Source: Octopus vulgaris | Taxonomy: Eukaryota | Direction of reading: 5' to 3' | NCBI GenBank assembly: GCA_951406725.2 | Contig: OX597823.1 | Location: 22,196,001 to 22,260,000, forward strand | Length of the DNA stretch: 64,000 nucleotides | In this document: piece after piece, positions 41,150 through 55,250 of the stretch | Layout: each line of letters begins with the position of its first letter | Numbering within the stretch: position 1 is the first letter of the stretch | Position numbers and translations under genes: made by a program | Notes under the pieces: model-generated | Seen by the model: only the letters and a program-made list of their open reading frames with translations | Database searches by the model: none | Told to the model about the DNA's origin: nothing

Positions 41150-41210
<61 letters not shown>

Positions 41211-41349
41211 GTCCATTTTTTTCCGTGCTTGTTTTTGTGTACATTCGCTGCTTTCTTCCAAGGAATCTAACGCTCTTAGCTTAGGTAGCGTAGTCAGACC
41301 CATATATATATATATAGCGTGTGTGTGTATGTGTGTGTGTGTACGAAGT

Positions 41350-41670
41350 TGAGTCCGGCGTTATTTGAACTCAGAATGTAAAGAACCAGAAGAAATAGAA
41401 CAAAGTAATTTGTCCGACCTTTTAGTCTGCCACCCAGGATCACTGTCTTAATAAATCCGTTCCCTCTTTGGTACAAGGGCAGCAGATTTTAAGGGTGGAG
41501 GAGTCAATTGCATTGATCCAACTACTCAACAGGTACTTAATTTATCGACCTCCAAAAAGTGAAAGGCAAAGTCGATCACGACGGAATTTGGACTCAGAAC
41601 GTAATGGTGGATGAAATGCCGCTATGTATGTTGTCCGGTGTGCTAACGATTCTGCGAGCTTGCCGTCTTG
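41350..41670 (-). mobile_element. SINE family 1, one partial and one near-complete decayed copy
   Basis: ggtacttaatttatcgacc..gaaaggcaaagtcga..ggaatttggactcagaacgta..tgctaacgattctgcgagcttgccgtctt. Confidence 0.75.
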
Positions 41671-42225
41671 ATAATATCTTAATAAAACATAGTTTTAATG
41701 AAATGTTGAAGAGATACGATCTTGGATGAGTGGATTGTCATTATGCTGACAAAATTGATTCCTTTTTTGTTCTGAAAGAAAATCATTCCGTATCCTTTTG
41801 ACCATTCTTTTAACAATTCTTTGACCATCTTTTGCGAAACATTAAAAAAGTCTATGACAATATCCTGATCGACATTATTCGTTATAAAAATGAATGTAAT
41901 AAGTACGATGAAAAATTTCCGAGTATTTGTGTAGCCTACAGATCGCAAATATTTTGGATGATATTCTGAAATGTGAGTTGAGTCGTATATCTTGTAACAT
42001 TATTACATCCTTGTGCCAAGCTGTTGAATGAATGGAGATTTGCATCATCTCTTTGCTTTTTGAACCCCAAGATTATTCTAAAAAATAGCATTATGAATAG
42101 AATCATGGTATCTGCTCTCAAAAATGTCTCTCTACAAAGTTGCATACGATTGATTCGTGAAGGGATGCTCTCGGACAAACAGTTAAAACAGACAACCTTC
42201 AACTTATTGGTACGTATATGTGAAA

Positions 42226-42346
<121 letters not shown>

Positions 42347-45077
42347 TGCATACAATGGCTGGCCGAAACCCAAAAAGGTAAACACAATGAAAAATTCAGT
42401 GAAGGCCTGTGTCAGCGGGGGTGATAAGCTCTCTGAACACCTGCTGCAAGAGTCACCCATTGTTGCCACATCTGTGCAAAAGAGTGTTGGTGTGTCTCTA
42501 GTAGGAATGAAAAGTCACATCCATGCTGTTCGTGTTGAAGAGGATAATCAAACAATGGCATTAATCAAAGTCGAGTTGCAGCCATCAAGTGTGAGTGCTT
42601 CTGAACACGTTTATATCTATTAGGCACTTTAATTTTAATGCACAGATGGAATACTTTATAAACATGTTTGTGTGTATGCTCGTATTTGAGCTTGGTGCAT
42701 ATGCTCTAATTTTTCTATTTGGAAGATATAGAAAATATAGTTGTAGTTGCTGTTTAGGGCCAAAGTAGCTTAAATTGATTAAAATAGTAGAAGCTATGCC
42801 AGCTGTGACCATTCCAGTTTTCGCAGTAAAACCGCATCTGGAATTGCGTTGTTAGAGGTCAATGTTGCACATAAATTCGTCTCATTATCCATTTGAGTTC
42901 CCTTACTTGAGTTCCCTTGTAGACGACTGAAATCCGTCTACAATTGTCCCTTGTCTAGAAGATCAAACTTCCCTTCTAAGAATGTAAATCAACCTCAAGA
43001 TTACTTTCTGACAATATCTCTTTGTCTTTAAGAGATGCTAATAATTACAAGTAGGTGTTTTCAGTTTCCTTTCCGACTGAGACTTCCAATTAATTAATTA
43101 ATTAGTTAATTTAGAATCACCTGCATATGGCATAAAAATATCGCCTGTTTAACTTAATTATCAAATTGTATACCATTGGTTTATTTGAGTTATTTTATCT
43201 AGCTCAAATTTTCAATTAAATATTGTTAAGCATGACCCCCCTCTCAATAAAATAGACATATGATTTTGAGGAGATTTAGCTGCTATTTGTTGCTTATAAT
43301 TTCTCACATTGGCTCTGCGAATCTAGCAGACAATAATTCTTTAGTTAATTGGTTTGTTTCATCCATCAGAGTTAAGACCAGAGAGAAGCATTGCATTCAA
43401 AAGGTTGTGTTTCGGACCTCAATTCACATGAGACATTTGAGAATCTAACAAAGCTTTACTGCATGTTGTTAACAGCAATTAATTTCAAGAAAACGTCAGA
43501 TCCAAACATAAATAAAATAAATATAAATAAATAAAAGAAGCAGGTAATATGGTAATTATGCTGTCTAGACGAATACTCATTATTCTGGTCGTCTTTCGTC
43601 CAGTCCGTTGAATTGCTTGATTAAAGATAGTCAGGTTCTTTAAATCAAGACACTCCAGGAGTTTATATGGACATATTTTGTTGGATTCTGTTTTTCTTTA
43701 TATTATTTTATCGTTTTGTTTTTGTTTTAATGGCTGAGTCAGAAAAGAATGACTAGTGTTTTTAACACTTTCCACGACCTCTGAAACGTGAAAGAAGGTG
43801 GGGAGGAAGTTATCCTCAATCCGGAATCGTATTCCGAAAACTTACAGGACAGTGGGCACTGCTAAATGCATCCAGTACTCAGGAGTTGCGTTAAACCGGG
43901 GGACTGATTAGATCTTTCATCCAAGAAGGTAGCTTCTGAAACATACACCCAAGCGATAGAAGTGCGATAGAACGCGAGGCAATTTAAACTCACTGTTTTG
44001 TTATCTATTCTAAACGTTGAGGCCTACTTAGAACTGTATGAATCTAAATTGAATTATTGATATTTTTTAATGCCCCTTCATAAGGGCTCCGAGATTGGTG
44101 TGTAGAAGAGAGGACCTTGCCTGAATGCTTGCAACCGAGGGAGCTCCATTAAAGGCATCCAAAGTGTGAAGCCTGTCATTCAATTAGCCCATGGTGGGAT
44201 TTAAATTCAGGAATCAAAGAACTGCAATAATTACTAGAATAATTAAATGCTTTGTGAGAACATTTGGTTGAGGTAAACTGTATGGAAGTGCATCGCATAT
44301 AGATATTTGTATTTGTCATCCCACCACTTGGCAACCAGTGTTAGTTTGTTGGCATCCCCTTAATTTGGCAGTTCGGCATATGAGACCGAGAGAATAAATA
44401 CCAGACTTAAAAAAATAAGCATAAGTATTCGATTTGTTCACCTAAAACCTTTCCAGGCGGTGCCCCAGTATGGCCGAAGTCCAATGACTGAAACGATTAA
44501 AAAAAGATAGATAGATAGTGGTAAATTGGGTGAGATATGATGCCATCTTCCTACACATGTGTGTAGACTGTCTCAGTTCCTGGTTGGTATGCCTAGAGTA
44601 CAGTAGGAATATAAACAATGTGCTCGAGAATAGTTAAAGAGGGTACTCAAAGTGTACATTCTTTAGCGTTTATTGAAAAGAAATGCACCCAGTTCTCGGT
44701 AAACTATTTCAGTATTAATATGCTAATTTTACAATATGAATTATTGTCGTCGGGTCTTGTACGTCGGTTTACGAGTATAAGAGAGAATTCATGTAGAGAC
44801 TTTTGCGCTGATATTGTTTTCACTGCCGTTAAGAACATACGAAATACATAAGTATCGGACAAACAGTTTTGAAATTTAAAGTAATGTCGAAACATTGATT
44901 TAAAAAAAAAATGTTTGCATGGATTTCTTTTAAGCCACACCTTGCAAATCCGTTATTATGTTTTTCTAAAAATGGAAGATCCGTTTTCCAGCTTTTAATT
45001 GGAATATCAGCTTCAGGTTCGGCATACTATTTACTTTTTGGTTAAAATGAATTTAATTCATTTTTTTTTTATTAAAT

Positions 45078-45292
45078 CTCGTCTCTGTTCTTTTCCCCGT
45101 GTTTGTAATAAATACTTTTTCGAGTAAATATGAGACATGGAAGCATATGATTTTTAGCCCCCCAAAATCTTTCAGATAATAATAGAAAAATTAATTGATC
45201 GACAACTGCGGATCTATCTATCTGTCTGTCCGTCTGTCTTTGTGTCAGTCAATCTATCTATCTATCTGTCAATCTATCTATACACACACACA

Positions 45293-45353
<61 letters not shown>

Positions 45354-46155
45354 TGTTTGTATGTGAGGAGTACGAATATATCTTATTTGTATTTGTAATT
45401 AAATGTGTATCATTAATAACACTGAAAATAAGCTAAAAGCATATTAAAATTGCAGAAAGTGAAAATGCAAATGCTTTCAAGTGGAAATAAAATAAATCTA
45501 TGCTCTTCAAATTTAATCGAAAAACATTATTTCTATACAAAAAAGGCAAAAAAAATTGTATTACATCAGCAAATCTACTATCGGCAATCAATTGCTGATT
45601 AAATTTTTAAAATCCTTAAATTTAAAAAGGAATAAAATTAAAAGCAATTTTCTTATCGTTGAAGATAAAGTCATAAAACGCCGAATTCTGTTTAAAAAGC
45701 ATAATAATAAGAAAAAAATGTATACTATTGCGTATATTTTTCTTTTTTCTAAATGAGATATATTTCTGATGTTATTTTTATTGTTGATATACATTGCACT
45801 CATCGTAAAGTAGAAGAAATAATATAATGGATATATTTTTGTACTCACTTGTTAGTTCATTTCTAAAAGTGTTTGCAACAGTGACTGAGGAGAAATATAT
45901 TTTTTGAAGGAAATGGAACTGAGGTAATTAGAAGGCGAACCGTGTCAATAACAGAATGAAACGGTACTTTGAAATAAGATTTTAAAAAAGAGATGGGTAG
46001 AGAAGAAAGAAACATAAGCTAACTCGCTCATCTTTCTGTTTTCTCGTCTCTCTTCTTTTTCCCGTGTTTGTAATAAATACTTTTTCTAGTAAATATGAGA
46101 TATGGAAGCATATGATGTTTAGCCTCCAAAAATCTTTCAGATAACAATAGATAAA
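45078..46155. repeat. About 115-bp direct repeats (45078-45190 and 46043-46155)
   Basis: ctcgtctct.ttctttt.cccgtgtttgtaataaatactttttc.agtaaatatgaga.atggaagcatatgat.tttagcc.cc.aaaatctttcagataa.aataga occurs twice. Confidence 0.88.
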
Positions 46156-47637
46156 AAAAATCAAAAGCGAGGGCAAAGGTATACCACAACATCATTCAAT
46201 CTGGCTGTTTTACCAACTATGTCGAATGGTTCACCCTGAGACTATGAAGAAAAGTGTTGAGCTTCAAATGTGAGCTTCAAATTCTACAATATTCAAATAA
46301 CATAGAGTACCGGAAAAGATAAGATTCTTATACTCTGCCGAAGAAATATCATGGGAAAATGATTTTCACCTTTGTCCACCGAATCTAAAACTATTTCAAT
46401 CAAGAAAAGCAGGTCGGATTTAAAAAAATTTCGAGCGCTCTCTGAAAAGATTTTTTTTAGTAGAAAATAATAAACAAGTAATAATTATTTGGACACCAGG
46501 GCATACAGATATTAAGGGAAGTAGGAAAGTAGATGGGTTAGAATAAAAAAGGGATCACATAAAAAGAAATATGAGAGGCTACATTCTATATCTTTCACTA
46601 ATTAAATCATTCGGGGAAAGTATAATTAGTCAGAAGTGAAAAATATTAAGAAAGAATCAAGAGATAAATTATCGAATTTTAATCTCCCGTTATTTCAGCC
46701 AAAACTATCAACGTATAAAATCTACCAGATAGTGAATACGGTTCGATTGACTTCTATGTTGTCGCATATCAGTTCGATGAAAACTTCTGTATCTGATATG
46801 GTAATATACGATGTGGGAGCAAATTAACTGCTATTTTGTGCACTGTGTGTGTCTACCAAGCAGAGACCTCTTTGTTAAGTTGTAAACAGCATTGGTATTA
46901 TAGTGGATTGGCGACTATGGTAGTGGCATCAGAAAGGTGAAAGTGAAGCTACATACAACCTGTCAGTCGGATGGTTGTTATAACGTATATTCGTGAAATC
47001 ATAGAATATTTAAGGGTCAGATAAACGATAGATTTCCTGTTGATATGATGCCAGATTATCAATGATGGCGTTTCCACGTGATCTGGTTAATATTCCTGTC
47101 TGTTAAATAGAGTTAGGTAATGTAGTTTTGTGTAGAGAAGCATAATGAACCAACGGCAGTGATAACGATACACATGAGTCACGACTAAGGTACTGCAATC
47201 AGTTATCTCACCTTTATTTATAACCAGTTGTTGAGTAAAGTTTTCCAGCTAGTCAGTTGCTTTATTTTGGTATGTAATCTGGAATGAATGATTACATAGC
47301 AACAACATCACCGCCATCATTATCACTCCACCATCCCCCGCCACCAACAATAACAACAATTGCATGGCGCTTCCCCCTCAAAAACAACAAGCAACAACTC
47401 AATCGTCATCATTCCCCACACTTCTAACACCTGAAGAAACAACATCTCCATCACAGCCATCGTTAACATCATCATTTCTACCACCGGCAATACCACCATA
47501 GGCACTAAGTCACAGACAATATAAAACATGAACTTCTGTTAGATTTTTCTCTATTCTTAATGATATGGGGCGCCAACTTTGAGATGTTATTAGAATATAT
47601 CACTTGTTATTATGATATTATTATGATACACTCTAAA

Positions 47638-47716
<79 letters not shown>

Positions 47717-47731
47717 ATCTATATATATATA

Positions 47732-47766
<35 letters not shown>

Positions 47767-47992
47767 CTGTCTGTCTGTCTATATGTCAGTGAGTCTGTCT
47801 GTCTGTTTATCTATCTATCTATCTATCTGTTTATAGCTATCTAGCAATAGACAGATAAATGGACACACATACATACATACATACAAACATACATACATGC
47901 ATACATACATACATACATACATACATACATACATACATACATACATACATACATACATAAATACATACATACATAAATACATACATACATAC

Positions 47993-48024
<32 letters not shown>

Positions 48025-48055
48025 ATATGTATGAATGCATGTTTGAAAAGGTAGG

Positions 48056-48128
<73 letters not shown>

Positions 48129-48169
48129 GGGTTCAAAATGAGCGACGAAATGCCAACACAGAAAGCAAA

Positions 48170-49000
48170 GTGAAAACGTGTGCTGATTTGTTTCACAGTA
48201 AATGAGATGTATGAAAGTTAAAGTGTTTTGATCTTTCGAGTTGAAGCTCTTCTTCAGACAGATAATAGGAAAGTTGTAGATGAAGGAAAGCAAAAAAGTG
48301 AGTAGCGTAGAAATATGCGTTCGCCCGTGTCAATTCATAGACTAAAAGAGGAAGCTATACTGATAATGCTCAGTAAATTTGTCAGGTAAGTGTTGCCTGC
48401 TCTACCCAATATATAGGCAGCTAAAGACGAAGCATTTTAAACAGTAAGATTGGTGGAAGTGCTGGTGAAGGAGTCGCTTATACTGGGGAAAAATTGATGG
48501 TGGAGTCCGGTGAGGAATGCGGTGGAGAGACGAGTAAGGTGTGGAAGCCGTAGTCAGCGCAAGGAAGGGACTTAGGTTGGGTGCGAGGGGTAGGGAAGAA
48601 AATACAGACGAATAAGACACGTCGATACAGGTGCAGAAGATATAGGAAGGTGCGGTCGGATGGGAGGATTTAGAATGAGTTTAGGATAGTGTGCTGGAGG
48701 AAAAGGATGGAGGACTGTTAGGTGAAAAGTAAAGGAATGCTTGGGGAGGACGTGGAAAGAAATTGGAGGTGCAGTTGACTTCACAGTTGCGAGTGAAAAT
48801 GTCTTAGATTAGGGTGAGAGCATATCGCATCGAATAAATTGTTGGACCCTGTACTGAGATTGTGATTGCTGCTACAGAGACTGCGGAGGATATAGAATTA
48901 AGTAGGAGTAGAAGCAAATGAAATTAGTAGAAGGGGCAGTTAGTGACTTTGGGAAAAGTTAAAAGTGGTGAGGAGGATTGCGATGTGATATATTGTGGCA
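48170..49000 (-). mobile_element. Penelope-like element relic: GIY-YIG remnant plus terminal region
   Basis: SYCLKCFVFSCLYIG*SRQHLPDKFTEH. Downstream on the same strand is CTGAAGAaGAGcttcaaCTCGAAAgatc (about 48230-48257), a decayed hammerhead-like motif. Confidence 0.65.
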
Positions 49001-50186
49001 AATATGTCGAGAAAGGGAATTATTTATTATATTGTTTGACTTCACTCTCTGAAATTTTAAAATCAAGAGAACATTTTCGAATTTGTTATATTGATATAAT
49101 TTTTCACGCTGAATCTGATTTTGTTATTCACTTGTGCCAGAAAAAACTTTTTAGAAATATGTTACAAAAGTTGAAGGTTTGATACTCTTTACCCAATCAG
49201 AAAACAGAATTCGGAAGTTCGCATTTTGTGCCTGATGACAACATTACGACAACTGATGACAACATAACTACGACAAAACATTCAACGATGGAATATTTAA
49301 TAAGTCTTAGTGATTAAAGTCATCTGAAATGTTGGAACAGGCGTGTAAAAAATGAAAATTTAGCAAAAATAAATTACCAAAAAAGAAAGAAAAAGAAACT
49401 GGAACTGAACGTTAAACTGCGCTGAAGAAAACAAACAAACTGAAGTTCAATTGGTTAACAATACATATTTTGTGGCGAGTATGTTAAATTACTAAACACC
49501 AAACTGTAGTTCAGTTCATGTTACGATCAAACTGCTGGAAAAGGCAGCCATATTTCTTCATAAAACGAAGATTATAGTAATGTCATAAAACTAGATTATA
49601 GTAATCCTATATATTTCTAAAACTGTGGGAGATTCAGGATTAGAATGCTCCTTTTGATCAGAGATGTGTCCGACCACTGCATCCTCCTCGGTTTTCAGTT
49701 TCTCTATCATATACGAAAGGTTACACGAGTGGACAACAGACGGGTAAGCAGAGTACACAAGTTGGCTTGTCACTGTGGAAACAGGCATCAACTATGACTG
49801 TGGCTTTCGATTGGTTAAAATTACCCCAAATTTGCAAACTTTAAAAGCAGTTATTTTTGCTTTTATTTAAGGCAAAAATGAATTTCACTTCCATAATTGG
49901 TATACAAAACTACATCAATACAGCAAATTTGAAATCAGTTGGAACAAGATTAAAGGAATTGAAAAGTGAAAGCCAAAAAAAAAAAAAAAGATCCTGTATG
50001 AGAAATAGGAGTGGTGAATTCCTAAGAAGGAGGGAAAAAATGATGTTGGTAATTGTGATCAAATTTAGGCTTCAGCATAACCTACAAAACGATTAGCAAA
50101 ATTGGATCCAATTCTAGTGTCCATAATCTCCCCCATTGATCTGTCGCTAAAAGTCGTCTTCAAACGAGAAACAGATGAGATTACTC

Positions 50187-50547
50187 TTTTACTCTTTACT
50201 CTTTTACTTGTTTCAGTCATTTGACTGCGGCCATGCTGGAGCACCACCTTTAGTACTTATTCTATCGGTCTCTTTTTGCCGAACCGCTAAGTAACGGGGG
50301 CATAAACACACCAGCATCGGTTGTCAAGCAATGCTAGGGGGACAAACACAGACACACACATATACATATATATACATATATACGACAGGCTTCTTTCAGT
50401 TTCCGTCTACCAAATCCACTCACAAGGCATTGGTCGGCCCGGGGCTATAGCAGAAGACACTTGCCCAAGATGCCACGCAGTGGGACTGAACCCGCAACCG
50501 TGTGGTTGGTTAGCAAGCTACTTACCACACAGCCACTCCTGCGCCTA
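50187..50547 (-). mobile_element. tRNA-derived SINE family 2, near full length, with a short (AAAAGAGT)-like tail
   Basis: Head GGCGCAGGAGTGGCTGTGTGGTAAG (A box) and GGGTTCAGTCCC (B box). Internal (TA/TG)n. Tail ...aaatgactgaaacaagtaaaagagtaaagagtaaaagagta. Confidence 0.88.
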
Positions 50548-50569
50548 TTGAATACAAATTCAGCAAAAG

Positions 50570-51050
50570 TCAATAATGTAGCAGTACTATAAGGCAATAG
50601 TTGAAAAATATTTGAATGTGGGAAGGTAGTACTGTGAGGAATGACGATATGTGGAGAATATTTAAGGTGCATAAGAATCGGAAGGGAACGGAGAGGAGCA
50701 GTTGAAGAACTCGAAGACATAATTTGTGTCATGGCAGTAAGAAGGGAGGGAAGCTGATGGGGTGAGAGAATGAGGTAACGGTATTTTGTATGAAGTCTCT
50801 GGTACAATTATAAAATAAGACGATAAGGTGGCAAGAGTAGTTAGGTTTGTGGATTTGGAGAATGTGGGTGCAGGATATGTGTATAATGAGGTTGATGGCG
50901 GCGGGGACGAAGGAAGAGGAGATAAGATGGTGGACGGTGACGAATACGAATTTCTGATAGTGTAGAGCAGGATCGGGGTAGGGACGACAGAGTTTGGAGT
51001 TGTGAATCTGTCGGCGTGCCACTGCTTGTCGAGGTCAGTGTAGCAAACGT
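50570..51050 (-). mobile_element. Penelope-like element relic, N-terminal RT region
   Basis: ARRQIHNSKLCRPYPDPALHYQKFV...LISSSFVPAAINLII...LQIHKPNYSCHLIV and LPSYCHDTNYV resemble the PLE motifs RQL..DPT..LPKIHKP..RPIV and LPSYIxDT. Confidence 0.7.
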
Positions 51051-51525
51051 GCACTCCAGTCAGTCAGTTTGATTCTGAGCTTATCTTGACTACACACAAA
51101 CGCGTGCGCATGCGCATCAATGGTATTTTTGGTGTAAATCCTAGGTATGCAATAATGACTAAGATATATAAATGAATACAATTAACAAATCAGATTTTCG
51201 TATCAGTTCTTATAAGAGCCAGCAGAGAAGAGGATACATACGTTATACACATTTTCACTCACAAAACAATTTTCAATAGACAAAAGTTAACACACTATAT
51301 ATGTAATTGAAAATTTTGAGAATAAAATACATTCACAAATAAATGGCAGCGTATTAACTTTAGTGTCGAAATTACTAATTAGATTATCCTGTTATCCAGT
51401 TATCACTCATCCCTTTTAATCGATTCAATACTAATCAAGAAATGGAGACGTTTTCAACGTTTGAATATACATATGTCGACGCTTGAACTAAAAATGCATG
51501 CAAAAAGGTCAACTGATATCAATAC

Positions 51526-52085
51526 AGCAGCGAGCTGGCAGAAACTTTAGCACGCCGGGCGAAATGCGTAGCCGTATTTCGTCTGCCGCTACGTTCTGAG
51601 TTCAAATTCCGCCGAGGTCGACTTTGCCTTTCATCCTTTCGGGGTCGATAAATTAAGTACCAGTTACGCACTGGGCTCGATGTAATCGGCTTAATCCGTT
51701 TGTCTGTCCTTGTTTGTCCTCTCTGAGTAGTAAAGAAATAGGTATTTCGTCTGACGCTACGTTTTGAGTTCAAATTCCACCGAGGTCGACTTTGCCTTTC
51801 ATCCTTTTAGGATCGATAAATTAAATAGCAGTTGCGTACTGGGGTCGACTGGGTCATCCTCCAAAATTTTCAGGCCTTGTGTCTAGAGTAGAAAAGAATC
51901 GTTAGCACGCCGGGGAAAATGCTTACGCCCGTCGCTACGTGCTCAGTTCAAATTCCACCGAGGTCAACTTTGCCTTTCATCCTTTCGGGGTCGACAAATT
52001 AAGTAGCAGTTGCGTACTGGTGTCGATCTAACCGACTGGCCCCCTCCCCGAAAATGTTAGGCCCTGTGCCTATAGTAGAAAGGGT
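51526..52085 (+). mobile_element. Trimeric SINE family 1
   Basis: Three successive B box plus core modules (about 51526, 51741, 51895) ending in different tails. Confidence 0.88.
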
Positions 52086-54046
52086 AACAATATCTAAAAG
52101 TGTACATGTGTATTAACACACACACAAAGCTGTGAGTTACTTTACACATGGTTGCTTTATTTATACAAATATCTGATGAACAAAGATGAAAGAAATGATG
52201 TTCAATAATTTATTTTCTCTGGTAGAAAATTTTCATGAATCTGAAGAAACCAATATTTTGAATAAAATATAATGTTCTAAAAGAAACATTTTTTCCACCT
52301 CATTAATATTTTTAGTATGAATTTCATGTCTTATTCGAATTGATTGATTTGAATTTGATCTGAATAATAAAAGCTCAAACAACTCAAATCATAGTTCAAT
52401 TTTTCATGTTTTAATTTGATATTCGTTTATTAACTTTGACATCAAATAGGTGTTTGTCTGTGTGTGTGTGTGCGTGCGTGCGTGCGTTTGTACTGTACTT
52501 CAAATATCTGAACTTTGCCTTCAATATTGCATGCGTTGGCTTAAGTTTTAGCAGTCGCTCTTGATATAACCATATATACGTATGCATAAATCTGGTCTGT
52601 ATGTGTGTGCTAATGTGTATGCGCGCGCGAGCGCGTGTGTGACTGAGTAAGTATAGGTTCAATGAAGAGGTATTTTGGAAAATAAAATCAACGTAATATA
52701 TTCTAAATATTATGTGGGCACGATCATGTTTCTAGCAGCCAGACGTACATAGAAGTATATCGACACGGGTTGCTTTCATCAGTGAAACTATACTGAGAGT
52801 ATGAAGAAGATATTTTCTGTTTATAAGATCGTGAGGGGCGAACTGGTGATATATGGAAACATCAAAGATGTCCTCATCATAAATATGCCTGATTTTCTTT
52901 GCAAGTCTTTGCAAGTGTATTCAAATTAACGAAATTAATATCAAAAGTGGAATTATAATTAGCTTTTAGAAATATGTTGTTTTAGTAATTATATGTGCTG
53001 TATCGAACTTTCGATGTACGATGTAAGGGGATAATAATAACGTCCTTACAAATCGTTCTACCTCTACCCAAGATACTGTTAATAACCCTCGACAATACAC
53101 AACTCTCCGTTTTACCCTGAAGGCTCTTTGCACATGTTCATTTATATTGTGGCACAGTCCATTAGGAGCCAACCAATAGGGGTGTTCTACTTCCAAACAA
53201 CAATATGAATATATACTTAGTAATTACAACCAAAATATTTTGCTCAAAGCGATCTGGAGAATGCTCAATTTTAGTATAAAATATCCTGTTTAGAATAACA
53301 ACATAAATAATTATTTCTAAAACGAACAGATACACGAAATAAAATCAAACTTCATATTGAAATAATTACATAATGCATTCTATATATTCACTGAGAATGA
53401 ATGTGTTCATAGCAGAACACATTTATGAAAACTTGATGTCTTCATTAGCGGGATTTTGCAGTTAATATGCAGTGTTTATTTATCAGTATTTTGCTTGATT
53501 TTATTTTCAAATGTCACTTTTTCTGTTTTTAGATATCTCCCCCACCCCATTATATTATTGCCCTAATTTTCACTGAACCCTCTCTCAATCTTTTTGTACA
53601 AAAAACAAAAGATGTTTATTTTATATTTGCGAAGCATTTATTCCTATAATTACTGTATGTATGTATGTATGTATGTACGTATGTATTTATGTATGTATGT
53701 ATGCATGTATGTATGTATAATGTCCATGGTGTGTTGGACGGTGTAGGGGATGAGATAAGCCGGAAGGAGAGGGCTGTGACGTTAACTGTCAAGGGGTTTG
53801 ACCGGAACAGGAAGGATGAGAGAGGAAGTGAGGGAAGGAAGACCAGGAGTGCTCACGACGAACGGACGTGAGGCGAGGGGTGAGAAGGATGGGTACTAGC
53901 AGCTACTATCGCTAGGTGCGTGGGCTGGGCGCAAGTTTTGGATTGAGTACAGGTGGACGGCAAAACAACGAAAAGGTAGGCGAATTGATTCTTATTTCCC
54001 CGCATTACATTTCCCTCGCACAACAGACTGTATCGGAACCATATCG

Positions 54047-54100
<54 letters not shown>

Positions 54101-54899
54101 AGAGAAAGAGAGAAAGAGAGAGAGAGGAGAGAAAGAGAGAGAGAGGAGAGAATGAGAGAGAGAGGAGAGAAAGAGAGAGAGAGGAGAGAAAAAGAGAGAG
54201 AGTGAGAAAGGGAGAGAGAGTGAGAGAGAGAACGAGACAGAGAGAGATATTGTCTGAGGAATGGGGGCAAGTATTGTAAAACGATTTGTGTTAGAGGTTG
54301 CAATTTTAAAAGAATTCTTGAATATATATACAAAATGATCACCACTGATATTAGCGCACATTATACATGTAAATAAAAAGTTTCATAGGAATTTCAGTTT
54401 TTAACACGGATTTCTTTATGGCTGAACAGTTCATAAATTTCTTCAAAACTCGGTCATTCCATTTCAATATAAACAAATTACTGTATAATTAGAACTATGA
54501 ATTCTATAAAGCTAAGGGTATAAAGCGACAGATTCAGTTTGTGACGAGAGTGGGAGTAGTAGCAAATGTCTGACGAAGAAAGACCGAGAGTGAGAGGTAG
54601 AAATGTGTAGGAGTAAAAGCAATGTCAGGCGAGCGAAAATGAAAACGAATATTGTTAGAATATTGCATGTGTAATATGTTTTAAATAATTATTTACTGAA
54701 ACCACAAATCCGAACAAGAAAAGCAACAAATATTTGCACAGGCAAACATTTTCAAACATTTTAATATCAACGACTTATTCTATATCGTTGGAAAATAACA
54801 GTTTGGAATTGATTATACACCATAATCTAGAGAAGTATATCATGTTTTCAAAACTTGGACCATACATTAAGTGAAACGAACGTTAGTTGATTCTATGTT

Positions 54900-55250
54900 T
54901 AATGTTTTCCAAATAACTGTTTTGTGTAACGACAAAATGGCGGAAACGGAGCATGGAAAGTAAAAACGGCAAGTGAAGTAGCAGCTGCAAGACATGCAAG
55001 TGCCCATCGCAGGAAACGGTCTTTGTTGTAAGAAAATTAATATGGACGCGAGACCAGAGGAAGAAATGAGATTCTAAGTAAACGTATGGAAATACTAAAT
55101 GCATTGCAATAAGTACTGGGAAGGAGAAAATAGAGAGAGAATTGTTCACAGAAGAGGAAATTCATCACAAGAGATAAAAGAATAGAGAATAGCAAAACAG
55201 ATTTTCAGAAAGAACAGGGCATTTATCACTGCAAGAAATAGAGGAAAGGA
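54900..55250 (+). mobile_element. Possible RTE-like RT relic
   Basis: SSQEIKE*RIAKQIFRKNRAFITARN resembles EIKRRIxxAKxxF of RTE ORFs. Very decayed. Confidence 0.35.

Noticed and set aside
52730-53200. Tc1-like transposase relic (FTDES-like motif on the minus strand)
   Set aside because: Single short motif and no terminal inverted repeats found; insufficient support.
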